Sequence record: MH560358
Reading direction: 5' to 3' (one strand)
DNA: 64,000 bases
Origin: Escherichia virus KFS-EC
Shown: piece by piece, positions 1 to 8,953 of the stretch
Layout: each line of letters begins with the position of its first letter
Numbering within the stretch: the stretch's first letter is position 1
Translations under genes and position numbers: made by a program
Notes under the pieces: generated by a model
The model's input: only the letters and a program-made list of their open reading frames with translations
Told to the model about the DNA's origin: nothing
The model's database searches: none

Positions 1-147
1 GCAGGAAAAGACGAAATGCGGATCGCCTCCGAAATATTCCGAAAGGAATTAGATGAATTGGGGGAAGAATACGCGCCCGTGGTAATATATGACGGTGCAA
101 ACGGCATCGAAGAATATAGGCCGCGTGAAGGTCTAACAATGATATAA
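1..147 (+). CDS. 3' end of upstream gene (partial); terminase large subunit gp17 expected by T4 synteny
   Basis: Frame 1 is open from the window edge to TAA at 145-147 and sits directly upstream of gene 18 as gene 17 does in T4; fragment too short for motif confirmation. Confidence 0.35.
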   Translation, partial: AGKDEMRIASEIFRKELDELGEEYAPVVIYDGANGIEEYRPREGLTMI

Positions 148-150
148 ATA
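143..150 (+). promoter_or_regulatory. T4-type late promoter (TATAAATA) upstream of gene 18
   Basis: Exact TATAAATA about 30 nt upstream of the gene 18 ATG, overlapping the stop of the upstream ORF. Confidence 0.6.
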
Positions 151-181
151 CGATAATGCATAAAAAGATGAGGAAATTCTA

Positions 182-2185
182 ATGACTCTATTATCACCGG
201 GTTTCGAAACGAAAGAAACTACTCTCTCCACTACCATTGTGCAATCTGCGACTGGTCGCGCTGCACTGGTAGGTAAATTCCAATGGGGTCCAGCTTTCCA
301 GATTATTCAAGTAACTAATGAAGTTGAATTAGTTAATAAATTTGGTCAGCCGGATAATAACACCGCAGACTATTTCATGAGCGGGGCTAACTTCCTCCAG
401 TATGGCAATGACCTGCGTGTTGTTCGTGTATTGAATAAAGAAAAAGCGAAAAACGCAACTGCCCTAGCTGGTAACGTCGAGTTTGAAATCACAAACGAAG
501 GTTCAAACTATGAAGTAGGCGATACCATCAAGATTAAACATAACCGTCAAGATATTGAAACGGCTGGTAAAGTAACTAAAGTTGATGGTGATGGTAAAGT
601 TAAGGGCGTATTTATCCCAACTGGTAAAATTATCGCTCACGCTAAAGCAATCGGTGTATATCCAGAACTTGATGGCGGTTGGACGGCAGAGTTCACTTCT
701 TCGTCAGGTAACGGTAGTGCGGCGCTGTCAGTAACTAAAATTGTTACTGATTCCGGTCTTCTGTTAACGGATCTGGAAACTTCCCGCGCCAATATCACAA
801 ATCAGACTTTCTTGACTAAACTCCAGAAGTATGATATGCCAGCGGTAAGCGCGATCTATGCTGGTGAGATTGGCAACTCGCTGGAAGTTGAAATTCTGGC
901 ACGTAGCGCGTTCAGTGGCGCGGTAGCACCTGAATTAACTATGTATCCGTTCGGCGGAACTCGTGCCGCAGCACGCAACCTGATTCCATATGCACCGCAG
1001 AATGATAATCAATATGCATTTATTGTTCGTCGCGATGGTGTTGTGGTAGAATCCTATGTACTGTCTACTCTGAAAGGGGATAAAGACGTATACGGCAATT
1101 CTATCTACATGGACGACTTCTTTGCTCGTGGTTCTAGCCAGTACATCTATGCAACCGCTCAAGGGTGGGTAGATGGTTTCAGTGGTATTATCTCTCTTGC
1201 TGGTGGTGTTTCTGCTAACGAAGCAACGACTGGTGGAGTTGGTGCTGATCCGTTCATCGGTGCGATGATGCAAGGTTGGGATCTGTTTGCTGAACGAGAA
1301 TCTATTCACGTAAACCTGTTGATCGCTGGTGCATGTGCTGGCGAAGGCGATGCGTTCTCTACCGTACAGAAACATGCTGTTTCCATCGGTGATGAGCGTC
1401 AGGATTGCTTAGTAATGGTTTCTCCGCCGCGTAGCACTGTTGTTAATATTCCGGTGACTACCGCAATTGATAACCTGATTGCATGGCGCGAAGGTTCAGG
1501 AAACTATAATGAAAACAACATGAACATTAATACCACTTACGCGGTTATTGATGGTAACTACAAATATCAGTATGACAAATACAACGACGTAAACCGTTGG
1601 GTTCCGTTGGCTGCTGATATTGCTGGTTTGTGCGCTCGCACTGATGCTGTATCCCAGCCGTGGATGAGTCCGGCAGGTTATAACCGTGGTCAGATCATGA
1701 ACGTGGTTAAACTGGCAATTGAGCCTCGCAAGGCGCACCGCGATCGTCTGTATCAGGCCGCAATTAACCCGGTAATCGGTGCTGGTGGTGAAGGGTTTAT
1801 CCTGATGGGTGATAAAACCGCTACGACTGTTCCTAGCCCGTTTGACCGCATTAACGTTCGTCGTCTGTTTAACATGCTGAAAAAGAATATCGGCGATTCA
1901 AGCAAATACAAACTGTTTGAAAACAACGATAACTTTACTCGCGCTTCCTTCCGTATGGAGGTTTCGCAATATCTCAGCACGATTCGCTCTCTGGGTGGCA
2001 TTTATGACTTCCGAGTACAATGCGACACCACGAATAACACGCCGGATGTAATTGATCGTAACGAATTTGTTGCTAGTATGTTCATCAAACCAGCAAAATC
2101 GATCAACTATATCATGCTCAATTTCACTGCTGTTGCAACTGGTTCTGATTTTGACGAAATTATCGGTCCAGCTAACCAGGCATAA
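182..2185 (+). CDS. 18: Tail sheath protein gp18
   Basis: 667 aa ORF recognisably similar to T4 gp18 along its length; followed by gp19 as in T4. Confidence 0.95.
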   Translation: MTLLSPGFETKETTLSTTIVQSATGRAALVGKFQWGPAFQIIQVTNEVELVNKFGQPDNNTADYFMSGANFLQYGNDLRVVRVLNKEKAKNATALAGNVEFEITNEGSNYEVGDTIKIKHNRQDIETAGKVTKVDGDGKVKGVFIPTGKIIAHAKAIGVYPELDGGWTAEFTSSSGNGSAALSVTKIVTDSGLLLTDLETSRANITNQTFLTKLQKYDMPAVSAIYAGEIGNSLEVEILARSAFSGAVAPELTMYPFGGTRAAARNLIPYAPQNDNQYAFIVRRDGVVVESYVLSTLKGDKDVYGNSIYMDDFFARGSSQYIYATAQGWVDGFSGIISLAGGVSANEATTGGVGADPFIGAMMQGWDLFAERESIHVNLLIAGACAGEGDAFSTVQKHAVSIGDERQDCLVMVSPPRSTVVNIPVTTAIDNLIAWREGSGNYNENNMNINTTYAVIDGNYKYQYDKYNDVNRWVPLAADIAGLCARTDAVSQPWMSPAGYNRGQIMNVVKLAIEPRKAHRDRLYQAAINPVIGAGGEGFILMGDKTATTVPSPFDRINVRRLFNMLKKNIGDSSKYKLFENNDNFTRASFRMEVSQYLSTIRSLGGIYDFRVQCDTTNNTPDVIDRNEFVASMFIKPAKSINYIMLNFTAVATGSDFDEIIGPANQA

Positions 2186-2219
2186 TCAGTAAATTAGCAT
2201 AGATTAAAAGTTAAATCAA

Positions 2220-2238
2220 GCGGGGAGAAAATCCCCGC
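2220..2238 (+). terminator. GC stem-loop (GCGGGGAgaaaaTCCCCGC) after gene 18; weak terminator or attenuator
   Basis: Perfect inverted repeat directly after the gene 18 stop; downstream T-tract is poor, so probably partial readthrough into gene 19. Confidence 0.35.
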
Positions 2239-2258
2239 TCTATTAAGGAATATCAATT

Positions 2259-2753
2259 ATGGCACTCGATTTGAATGATATTACACGCGGTTTCGAGTCT
2301 GGCGATTTTGCTCGTCCTAACCTGTTTGAAGTTGAGATCCCGTATCTGGGGCAAAACTTTAAGCTGATGTGTAAGGCTGCGACTGTCCCGGCTGCTACCG
2401 TAGAAAAAATTGCTATAGGCTATCAAAACCGTAAAATTAACATCGCTGGCGACCGTGTATACGACGACTGGACCATCACTGTATTCAACGATGACGCACA
2501 CAAGATCCGTGATGCTATCGTTGCATGGAGCGATCAGACACACGGCACTGGTTCGGCGATCACGGGTGCAACTCCTGCACAATATAAGAAACAAGCTATT
2601 GTTCGTCAACTTAACCGTAACACCGAATCAACTAGCGAAAAAACATTGTACGGTATTTTCCCGACCAACGTTGGTGAAGTAACCCTCGATTGGGAACAAA
2701 ACAACGAAGTTGAAACGTTTGAAGTTACTTTTGCTATCGATTGGGTAGAATAA
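2259..2753 (+). CDS. 19: Tail tube protein gp19
   Basis: 164 aa; motifs GFESGDFARPNLFEVEIPYLGQNF and NRKINIAGDR match T4 gp19 closely. Confidence 0.95.
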   Translation: MALDLNDITRGFESGDFARPNLFEVEIPYLGQNFKLMCKAATVPAATVEKIAIGYQNRKINIAGDRVYDDWTITVFNDDAHKIRDAIVAWSDQTHGTGSAITGATPAQYKKQAIVRQLNRNTESTSEKTLYGIFPTNVGEVTLDWEQNNEVETFEVTFAIDWVE

Positions 2754-2765
2754 ATATATTATCAT

Positions 2766-2784
2766 GCGGGGAGAAGTTCCCCGC
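2766..2784 (+). terminator. GC stem-loop (GCGGGGAgaagtTCCCCGC) after gene 19
   Basis: Same palindrome family as after gene 18; weak T-tract. Confidence 0.3.
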
Positions 2785-2811
2785 CTAATTTCTCCCAATT
2801 CGAGGTGAATA

Positions 2812-4377
2812 ATGTTTAGTAGATTAAAAATGCTTGCGCGTTGGGCTGATTTTGACAACGACAAATACGAAGAACAAATTAAAGATAAAGCAGAGTCTAT
2901 CGCCGCACCTAAAAACAATGATGGTGCTACGGAAGTAGAAATTAATGATAATTTACCTGCTAGCGCGTGGAACTCTCTTACCCAGCAATTTTACAGCACC
3001 GACCAGAAAATCAGCACAACTAAGCAATTAGTTAACACATATCGCGGTTTGATGAATAACCATGAAGTCGAAAACGCTGTACAAAATATCGTTAACGATG
3101 CGATTGTATTTGAAGAAGGTCATGAAGTTGTTTCATTAAATCTTGAGGCGACTGGCTTTAGTGAATCTGTAAAAGAGCGCATTCATGAAGAATTTAAAGA
3201 TCTTTTAAACACTATCCAGTTTGATAGGCGCGGTCAGGATATGTTCCGTCGCTGGTATGTCGATTCGCGTATTTTCTTCCATAAAATCATCGGCAAAAAT
3301 CCAAAAGATGGTATCGTAGAATTACGCCAGCTTGACCCACGTAATCTTGAATACGTTCGAGAGATCATTACAGAAGACACACCGGAAGGTAAAATTTATA
3401 AAGCAACGAAAGAATATTTCATTTACACTGTAGGCAATAGCTCTTATTGCGCAGGTGGTCAAGTATTCTCTCCTAATAGTCGCGTTAAAATCCCGCGTAG
3501 TGCTATTACATACGCTCACAGCGGCTTGATGGATTGTGATGATAAATATATCATTGGTTATTTGCATCGGGCTGTTAAGCCAGCAAACCAGCTTAAATTG
3601 TTGGAAGACGCAATGGTCGTTTATCGTATCACGCGTGCACCGGAACGCCGAGTGTTCTTTATTGATACCGGAAACATGAACAACCGCAAGGCTGCACAGC
3701 ACATGAACTCAGTGGCACAGTCTTTTAAAAACCGCGTTGTTTATGATGCATCGACTGGTAAACTTAAAAACCAGCAAGCAAATCTATCAATGACAGAGGA
3801 CTACTGGTTACAGCGTCGAGATGGTAAAGCAATAACCGACGTTACTACTTTACCCGGTGCATCCGGTATGAGTGATATCGATGATATTCGCTACTTTAAC
3901 CGTAAATTGTATGAAGCGTTGCGTGTACCATTGTCACGCAGTAATCTCTCCGATGCTAATATGGTGATCGGTGGTGACGGTTCAGAAATTACTCGCGATG
4001 AGTTGGAATTTTCGAAATTCATTAGAACTCTGCAATCACAGTTTTCGGAAGTATTGCGCGATCCTCTGAAATATAATCTGATTCTCAAAAATGTAATTAC
4101 GGAAGACGATTGGGATCGTGAAATAAATAATATCAAGGTGGTTTTCCATCGGGACTCTTATTATACAGAAGTTAAAGACGCGGAAATTTTAGAACGTCGA
4201 ATCGGTCTAATCGAACGTATTACACCTTACATTGGTAAATATTTCTCTAACCAGACAGTGATGCGTGACATTCTGAAATATACCGATGACCAGATGGACA
4301 CCGAGAAGAAACAGATCGAAGAAGAAGCGAACGATCCGCGCTTTAAACAAACTCCCGATGAAATAGAGGATTTTTAA
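2812..4377 (+). CDS. 20: Portal vertex protein gp20
   Basis: 521 aa ORF in the gp20 position between gp19 and gp67, size as T4 gp20. Confidence 0.9.
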   Translation: MFSRLKMLARWADFDNDKYEEQIKDKAESIAAPKNNDGATEVEINDNLPASAWNSLTQQFYSTDQKISTTKQLVNTYRGLMNNHEVENAVQNIVNDAIVFEEGHEVVSLNLEATGFSESVKERIHEEFKDLLNTIQFDRRGQDMFRRWYVDSRIFFHKIIGKNPKDGIVELRQLDPRNLEYVREIITEDTPEGKIYKATKEYFIYTVGNSSYCAGGQVFSPNSRVKIPRSAITYAHSGLMDCDDKYIIGYLHRAVKPANQLKLLEDAMVVYRITRAPERRVFFIDTGNMNNRKAAQHMNSVAQSFKNRVVYDASTGKLKNQQANLSMTEDYWLQRRDGKAITDVTTLPGASGMSDIDDIRYFNRKLYEALRVPLSRSNLSDANMVIGGDGSEITRDELEFSKFIRTLQSQFSEVLRDPLKYNLILKNVITEDDWDREINNIKVVFHRDSYYTEVKDAEILERRIGLIERITPYIGKYFSNQTVMRDILKYTDDQMDTEKKQIEEEANDPRFKQTPDEIEDF

Positions 4378-4617
4378 ATGAAACAATTTATCGAAGCAAT
4401 TAAAACTCGCGATCTAACGCTGATCGAAAAAGAATTTGATAAGATCATGGAGGCTAAAAAAGCCCAGATCATCGAATCACAGCGTGTCGAAATCGCATCC
4501 AGTATCATGATCGAAGGTGAAGAAGAAAAAGACCGCGATGATGAAGATATGGATTATGAGGACGACGAAGACGAAGATCGCAAAGACGATAAAAAAGATA
4601 AAGAAGACGACGAATAA
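4378..4617 (+). CDS. 67: Prohead core protein gp67
   Basis: 79 aa, strongly acidic C-terminus, starts directly at the gp20 stop, T4 position of gene 67. Confidence 0.75.
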   Translation: MKQFIEAIKTRDLTLIEKEFDKIMEAKKAQIIESQRVEIASSIMIEGEEEKDRDDEDMDYEDDEDEDRKDDKKDKEDDE

Positions 4618-4629
4618 TAGGAAGCCAAC

Positions 4630-5037
4630 ATGATTAAAGATTTTACTCCTAAAGCTGACTTAGAAACTTTTCTGCCGGAAGCACAGGAAAAATTGGACAT
4701 GTTGGCTATGTTTGAGTCAGAAGAACTATTGAAAATCGTTGAAGGTATCTCCGAGGATGAGCCGGAACTGGCGGTAGCAATGCTGTCTATCATCGACGGA
4801 ATTACTGTAAATGAAGCAATGGTTAAACATGTAAACGCACGCGGGGAAGTTGCACGTAAGAAAGATCGCAAAACCCGTGAGCGTAATGCTTACATGACTA
4901 CTGGCCTAAGCAAAGCTAAACGCCGTCAAATTGCCCGTCGTGCTGCAAAAACCAAACGTGCAAATCCATCTATCGAACGTCATGCGGAACGTAAGCGCAA
5001 AAAAGCAATGCGTAAACGTAAGGCGTTAGGATTATAA
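4630..5037 (+). CDS. 68: Prohead core protein gp68
   Basis: 135 aa with highly basic C-terminus, T4 position of gene 68. Confidence 0.75.
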   Translation: MIKDFTPKADLETFLPEAQEKLDMLAMFESEELLKIVEGISEDEPELAVAMLSIIDGITVNEAMVKHVNARGEVARKKDRKTRERNAYMTTGLSKAKRRQIARRAAKTKRANPSIERHAERKRKKAMRKRKALGL

Positions 5038-5048
5038 CAGGAAACAAC

Positions 5049-5744
5049 ATGGAAAAGAACGAATTACTGATCGAACAATGGGGCGTTCCTTGTGCTCGCG
5101 GTAGTTCGTCATTGCTTGAATCATTTGATGATAAGGCTACAGGAAATCTCTATATTCAAGGGATTTTCCTGCAAGCCGAAACGGTAAACCGCAATAAACG
5201 CTGGTATCCTCGCAGTGTTCTAGAAAATGCGGTTACTAAATACATACATGAACAAGTTGAGACACATCAAGCTCTAGGCGAACTTAATCACCCAGCAAGA
5301 GCAATGCCAGATCCATCTAATGCTTGCATCATAATTGAAAAATTATGGTGGGAAGGTAATAACGTGATGGGTAAAGCCCGTGTTATTGAAGGGGATAAAG
5401 GCGCAGGTGATAAACTTGCTGCACTGATTCGCGCTGGCTGGATTCCTGGCGTTTCCTCCCGTGGGTTGGGTCGGTTGAAAGACTCTGGTCGCGGATACAA
5501 TATTGTACAGGAAGGTTTTGTGTTGACGGTTGGTGTTGATGTTGTATGGGGTCCGAGCGCACCTGATGCGTGGGTAACTCCTGTTGTTGAGTCAACGGAT
5601 AGCGATTCTAGCGCGTCAGACGCACCAGAAAGCGATAAAACCGAAAAAGTGACTAACCCTACAGCCTCACAACAAAACATCGTAGAATTGAATAATAGCG
5701 CGTTTATGGCGCTCGCAGAAGCGTTATCTAAACGCTATAAATAA
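5049..5744 (+). CDS. 21: Prohead core protease gp21
   Basis: 231 aa; position between 68 and 22; conserved stretches such as ELNHP and GVSSRGLGR as I recall for T4 gp21. Confidence 0.85.
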   Translation: MEKNELLIEQWGVPCARGSSSLLESFDDKATGNLYIQGIFLQAETVNRNKRWYPRSVLENAVTKYIHEQVETHQALGELNHPARAMPDPSNACIIIEKLWWEGNNVMGKARVIEGDKGAGDKLAALIRAGWIPGVSSRGLGRLKDSGRGYNIVQEGFVLTVGVDVVWGPSAPDAWVTPVVESTDSDSSASDAPESDKTEKVTNPTASQQNIVELNNSAFMALAEALSKRYK

Positions 5745-5775
5745 TAACGTCGTTATCAACAAGAAGGTTATAACC

Positions 5776-6570
5776 ATGCTTAAAGAAATGCTGCTCGAAG
5801 AAGCAAAACAGATCACCGTAGACGTTGCTCTCGATGACCTGTTTGAATCCGTCGAACTGTCGCCGGAAGTAAAAGAAAATTTTGGTACTATCTACGCTCA
5901 GGCGGTAAAAGCTAATGCTGTTGCTCTGGCAGAAAGCCACATTGAAAAAATCGCCGCTAAAGCCGATGAACTGGTAGAATCAAAGGTCGAAGAAGCACGC
6001 ACCGAGATTGAAACCAAACTGTACGAAGATGCAGATAAATTCCTGAATCACTTAGGCGCTAAATGGCTGGCAGAAAATAAAGAAGCCGTTACCCGTAATA
6101 TTAAAGCGGATCTGTGCGAATCCCTGATTGGTTCTCTGAAAGATGTTTTCGTTACTCACAATGTTGTAGTACCGGAAGAATCTGTAGACGTTGTTGCTGA
6201 ACTTGACGAAGCACTCAAAGAAGAAAAAGAAAAAACCTCTGAACTCTTTGATGCCAAACTGCAACTTGAAAGCGAAATTCGTGGCATGAAGCGCGAACAA
6301 GCGATCAATGAAAGCACTCGTGATCTTTCCGATACTCAGAAAGAAAAAGTAACCGCGCTGATTGAAGGTCTGGAATATAGCGAAACTTTCGATAAGAAAT
6401 TAACTGCAATTGTCGAAATGGTTGCTAAGAAAGAAGACAAACCAGCGAAGATTGAAGAATCACTAAATACTGATGCCGACAAGCTGAATGTTATTGCAGA
6501 AGCTGTCGAAGAATCAGAGAAAAAGGCAACTGTAGATTCCGGCGTATCCCGCTACCTGAATTTCATCTAA
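5776..6570 (+). CDS. 22: Prohead core scaffold protein gp22
   Basis: 264 aa acidic coiled-coil-like protein; N-terminus MLKEMLLEEAKQI...VALDDLFESVELSPEVKENFG matches T4 gp22. Confidence 0.85.
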   Translation: MLKEMLLEEAKQITVDVALDDLFESVELSPEVKENFGTIYAQAVKANAVALAESHIEKIAAKADELVESKVEEARTEIETKLYEDADKFLNHLGAKWLAENKEAVTRNIKADLCESLIGSLKDVFVTHNVVVPEESVDVVAELDEALKEEKEKTSELFDAKLQLESEIRGMKREQAINESTRDLSDTQKEKVTALIEGLEYSETFDKKLTAIVEMVAKKEDKPAKIEESLNTDADKLNVIAEAVEESEKKATVDSGVSRYLNFI

Positions 6571-6588
6571 TGTAATTCAAATCTACTT

Positions 6589-6596
6589 TATAAATA
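6589..6596 (+). promoter_or_regulatory. T4-type late promoter (TATAAATA) upstream of gene 23
   Basis: Exact TATAAATA about 35 nt upstream of the gp23 ATG. Confidence 0.65.
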
Positions 6597-6629
6597 CTTT
6601 AGGTTAACAACAAACAAGGTTTAAAGAAC

Positions 6630-8216
6630 ATGAAAACTACCAAAGAACTGATGGAAAAATGGTCCCCGCTGCTGGAAAACGAAAAACTGCCGGAAATCGC
6701 AACTGCGTCTAAGCAGAAACTGGTTGCTAAAATTCTGGAATCTCAGGAAGCGGATTTTGCTGTAGACCCGATCTATAAGGATGAAAAAGTTGTTGAAGCA
6801 TTCGGTGGCTTTATCGCAGAAGCCGAAGTTGCTGGCGACCACGGTTATGACGCATCTCAGATCGCGGCTGGTCAGACTACTGGTGCAATCACCAACGTAG
6901 GTCCGGCTGTTATCGGTATGGTTCGCCGTGCTATTCCTAACCTGATCGCATTTGATATTTGTGGCGTTCAGCCGATGAGCACTCCGACTAGCCAGATCTT
7001 TGCAATCCGTTCTGTATACGGTCCAGATCCGCTGAAATCTGGTGCTCGCGAAGCATTCCATCCGATGTATGCACCTGATGCGTTCCATAGCTCTCTTGCT
7101 GCTAAAGGTGCAACTGTAGGTTCACCAACTGGTACTGCATTCGCTAAACTAACTCTCAGCACTCCGATTGAAGCAGGTGATATTGTACACCACACCTTCG
7201 CAGAAACTGGCATTGCATATCTGCAAAACGTTACCGCAGGACAAGTAACCCCGACCCAAGCTGGCAGCGAGTCAGATGATGAAGTTGTCATGAAGCTGAT
7301 GGAAGAAGGTAAACTGGCTGAAATCGCTTTCGGTATGGCTACTTCCATTGCCGAAATTCAGGAAGGCTTTAACGGTTCCAGCAATAACCCGTGGGCTGAA
7401 ATGTCAATGCGTATTGACAAACAGGTTGTTGAAGCGAAATCTCGCCAACTGAAAGCCCGTTACTCTATCGAAGTTGCGCAGGATCTGCGTGCTGTACACG
7501 GTATGGATGCTGACGCTGAACTGAATGCTATCCTGGCTAACGAAGTTCTGCTGGAAATCAACCGTGAAATCGTTGACGTCATCAACTTTACCGCTCAGGT
7601 TGGTAAGACTGGTATGACTCAGACCGTTGGTTCTAAAGCTGGTGTATTTGACCTGCAAGATCCGATCGATACTCGCGGTGCTCGTTGGGCTGGTGAATCC
7701 TTCAAATCTCTGATCTACCAGATCGACAAAGAAGCTGCTGAAATCGCTCGTCAGACTGGTCGCGGTGCTGGTAACTTTGTTATCGCTTCCCGTAACGTTG
7801 TAAACATTCTGGCTTCTGCTGATCAGGGTATCAGTCTTGCTATGCAGGGTGCTGCAAAAGGTCTGAATACCGACACCACTAAAGCTGTTTTCGCTGGTGT
7901 TCTGGCTGGTAAGTACAAAGTATTCATCGACCAGTATGCTCGTCAGGACTACTTCACCGTAGGTTACAAAGGCGATAACGAAATGGATGCTGGTATCTAC
8001 TATGCTCCGTATGTTGCTCTGACTCCGCTGCGTGCAACTGATCCGCAGTCTTTCCACCCGGTTCTGGGCTTCAAGACTCGCTACGGCATCGGTATTAACC
8101 CGTTTGCAGACAGCAAATCCCAGGCACCGTCCGCTCGCATCACCTCCGGTATGTTGAGCAAAGACAGCGTAGGTAAAAACGCATACTTCCGTCGTGTATG
8201 GGTTAAAGGTTGCTAA
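6630..8216 (+). CDS. 23: Major capsid protein gp23
   Basis: 528 aa, extensive similarity to T4 gp23, flanked by 22 and 24. Confidence 0.95.
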   Translation: MKTTKELMEKWSPLLENEKLPEIATASKQKLVAKILESQEADFAVDPIYKDEKVVEAFGGFIAEAEVAGDHGYDASQIAAGQTTGAITNVGPAVIGMVRRAIPNLIAFDICGVQPMSTPTSQIFAIRSVYGPDPLKSGAREAFHPMYAPDAFHSSLAAKGATVGSPTGTAFAKLTLSTPIEAGDIVHHTFAETGIAYLQNVTAGQVTPTQAGSESDDEVVMKLMEEGKLAEIAFGMATSIAEIQEGFNGSSNNPWAEMSMRIDKQVVEAKSRQLKARYSIEVAQDLRAVHGMDADAELNAILANEVLLEINREIVDVINFTAQVGKTGMTQTVGSKAGVFDLQDPIDTRGARWAGESFKSLIYQIDKEAAEIARQTGRGAGNFVIASRNVVNILASADQGISLAMQGAAKGLNTDTTKAVFAGVLAGKYKVFIDQYARQDYFTVGYKGDNEMDAGIYYAPYVALTPLRATDPQSFHPVLGFKTRYGIGINPFADSKSQAPSARITSGMLSKDSVGKNAYFRRVWVKGC

Positions 8217-8302
8217 TATAAGCCAATTCCTGAAAAACTCCGGTCGGGTGAAATACCCGACTTATCATAAACCTTATGACAGTGTAAAGTGTTAATTCCA
8301 AA

Positions 8303-8331
8303 GGGAAGACTCGAAAGGGTCTTCCCTTTTT
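8303..8331 (+). terminator. Rho-independent terminator after gene 23
   Basis: GGGAAGAC-tcgaaag-GTCTTCCC hairpin followed by TTTTT. Confidence 0.7.
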
Positions 8332-8347
8332 GCGTATTATAACCTGT

Positions 8348-8355
8348 TATAAATA
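8348..8355 (+). promoter_or_regulatory. T4-type late promoter (TATAAATA)
   Basis: Exact TATAAATA immediately downstream of the gp23 terminator, ahead of two small ORFs. Confidence 0.5.
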
Positions 8356-8531
8356 AGGTTGCAAGCCTATATTCTATTGGGAGCGAAAATCGATACACAC
8401 AACAAAGACAGGAAGATGCGGAACATCGGTGGGTTGCTAGCCTAAATCCGGTGGATATGATATGTGATTTCTTTTGATGCTGGATTTATTAAAACACAAC
8501 AAACAATTCCACCAATTTTCGTAGTAACTGC

Positions 8532-8684
8532 ATGGCAAAGGGACCAATGAATGAAATGAGCGTTCATGTTGATATTGGGTCGGATAGATTTGGTAGATAT
8601 ACAGATCTGGTGTATGCCGACCTTGTTATGACATTCCAGCGTGACGCTAGCGATAATTTTTGGTTTTGGTACGCTGTTCCCTGA
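8532..8684 (+). CDS. Hypothetical small protein (50 aa)
   Basis: ATG-initiated 50-codon ORF between genes 23 and 24; weak ribosome binding site. Confidence 0.25.
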   Translation: MAKGPMNEMSVHVDIGSDRFGRYTDLVYADLVMTFQRDASDNFWFWYAVP

Positions 8685-8716
8685 ATTAACCCAAAATTCT
8701 CCATAAGGAGGAATGC

Positions 8717-8869
8717 ATGAGTAAGAAAGAAAACAGCTATGTTATGACTCGTAAGGAATACAACGAATTGATGTTAGCATTAGCTTATGCAATTATTCGT
8801 TCTGATCATGCAATTAATCTGGTAAACAAAGTTAACCGTAGCGTTGATAATGTTTCTAGGAAGAAGTAA
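8717..8869 (+). CDS. Hypothetical small protein (50 aa)
   Basis: ATG preceded by AGGAGG at good spacing; ends just before a hairpin terminator. Confidence 0.45.
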   Translation: MSKKENSYVMTRKEYNELMLALAYAIIRSDHAINLVNKVNRSVDNVSRKK

Positions 8870-8879
8870 GTTTATTTTT

Positions 8880-8901
8880 GGAATCCTTCGGATTCCTTTT
8901 T
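8880..8901 (+). terminator. Rho-independent terminator
   Basis: GGAATCC-ttcg-GGATTCC hairpin followed by TTTTT. Confidence 0.65.
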
Positions 8902-8908
8902 CTTTTTG

Positions 8909-8916
8909 TATAAATA
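8909..8916 (+). promoter_or_regulatory. T4-type late promoter (TATAAATA) upstream of gene 24
   Basis: Exact TATAAATA; it lies inside the ORF-track extension of gene 24, which argues that the real start is the downstream ATG. Confidence 0.65.
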
Positions 8917-8953
8917 TGATATATCCATTAAGGCAAATACAGGATTCATAAGC

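Noticed and set aside
935-2001. Minus-strand ORFs (935..1375, 1496..1738, 1753..2001) inside gene 18, and similar antisense ORFs inside other large genes (e.g. 7404..8057 in gene 23, 27211..27813 in alt, 59176..59694 in gene 34)
   Set aside because: Lie entirely within well-supported homologous genes on the opposite strand; no ribosome binding sites; interpreted as antisense shadow ORFs.
8906-8953. ORF-track start of gene 24 at 8906
   Set aside because: The first codon appears to be TTG and the extension contains the late promoter TATAAATA; similarity to T4 gp24 begins at the downstream ATG (8954).
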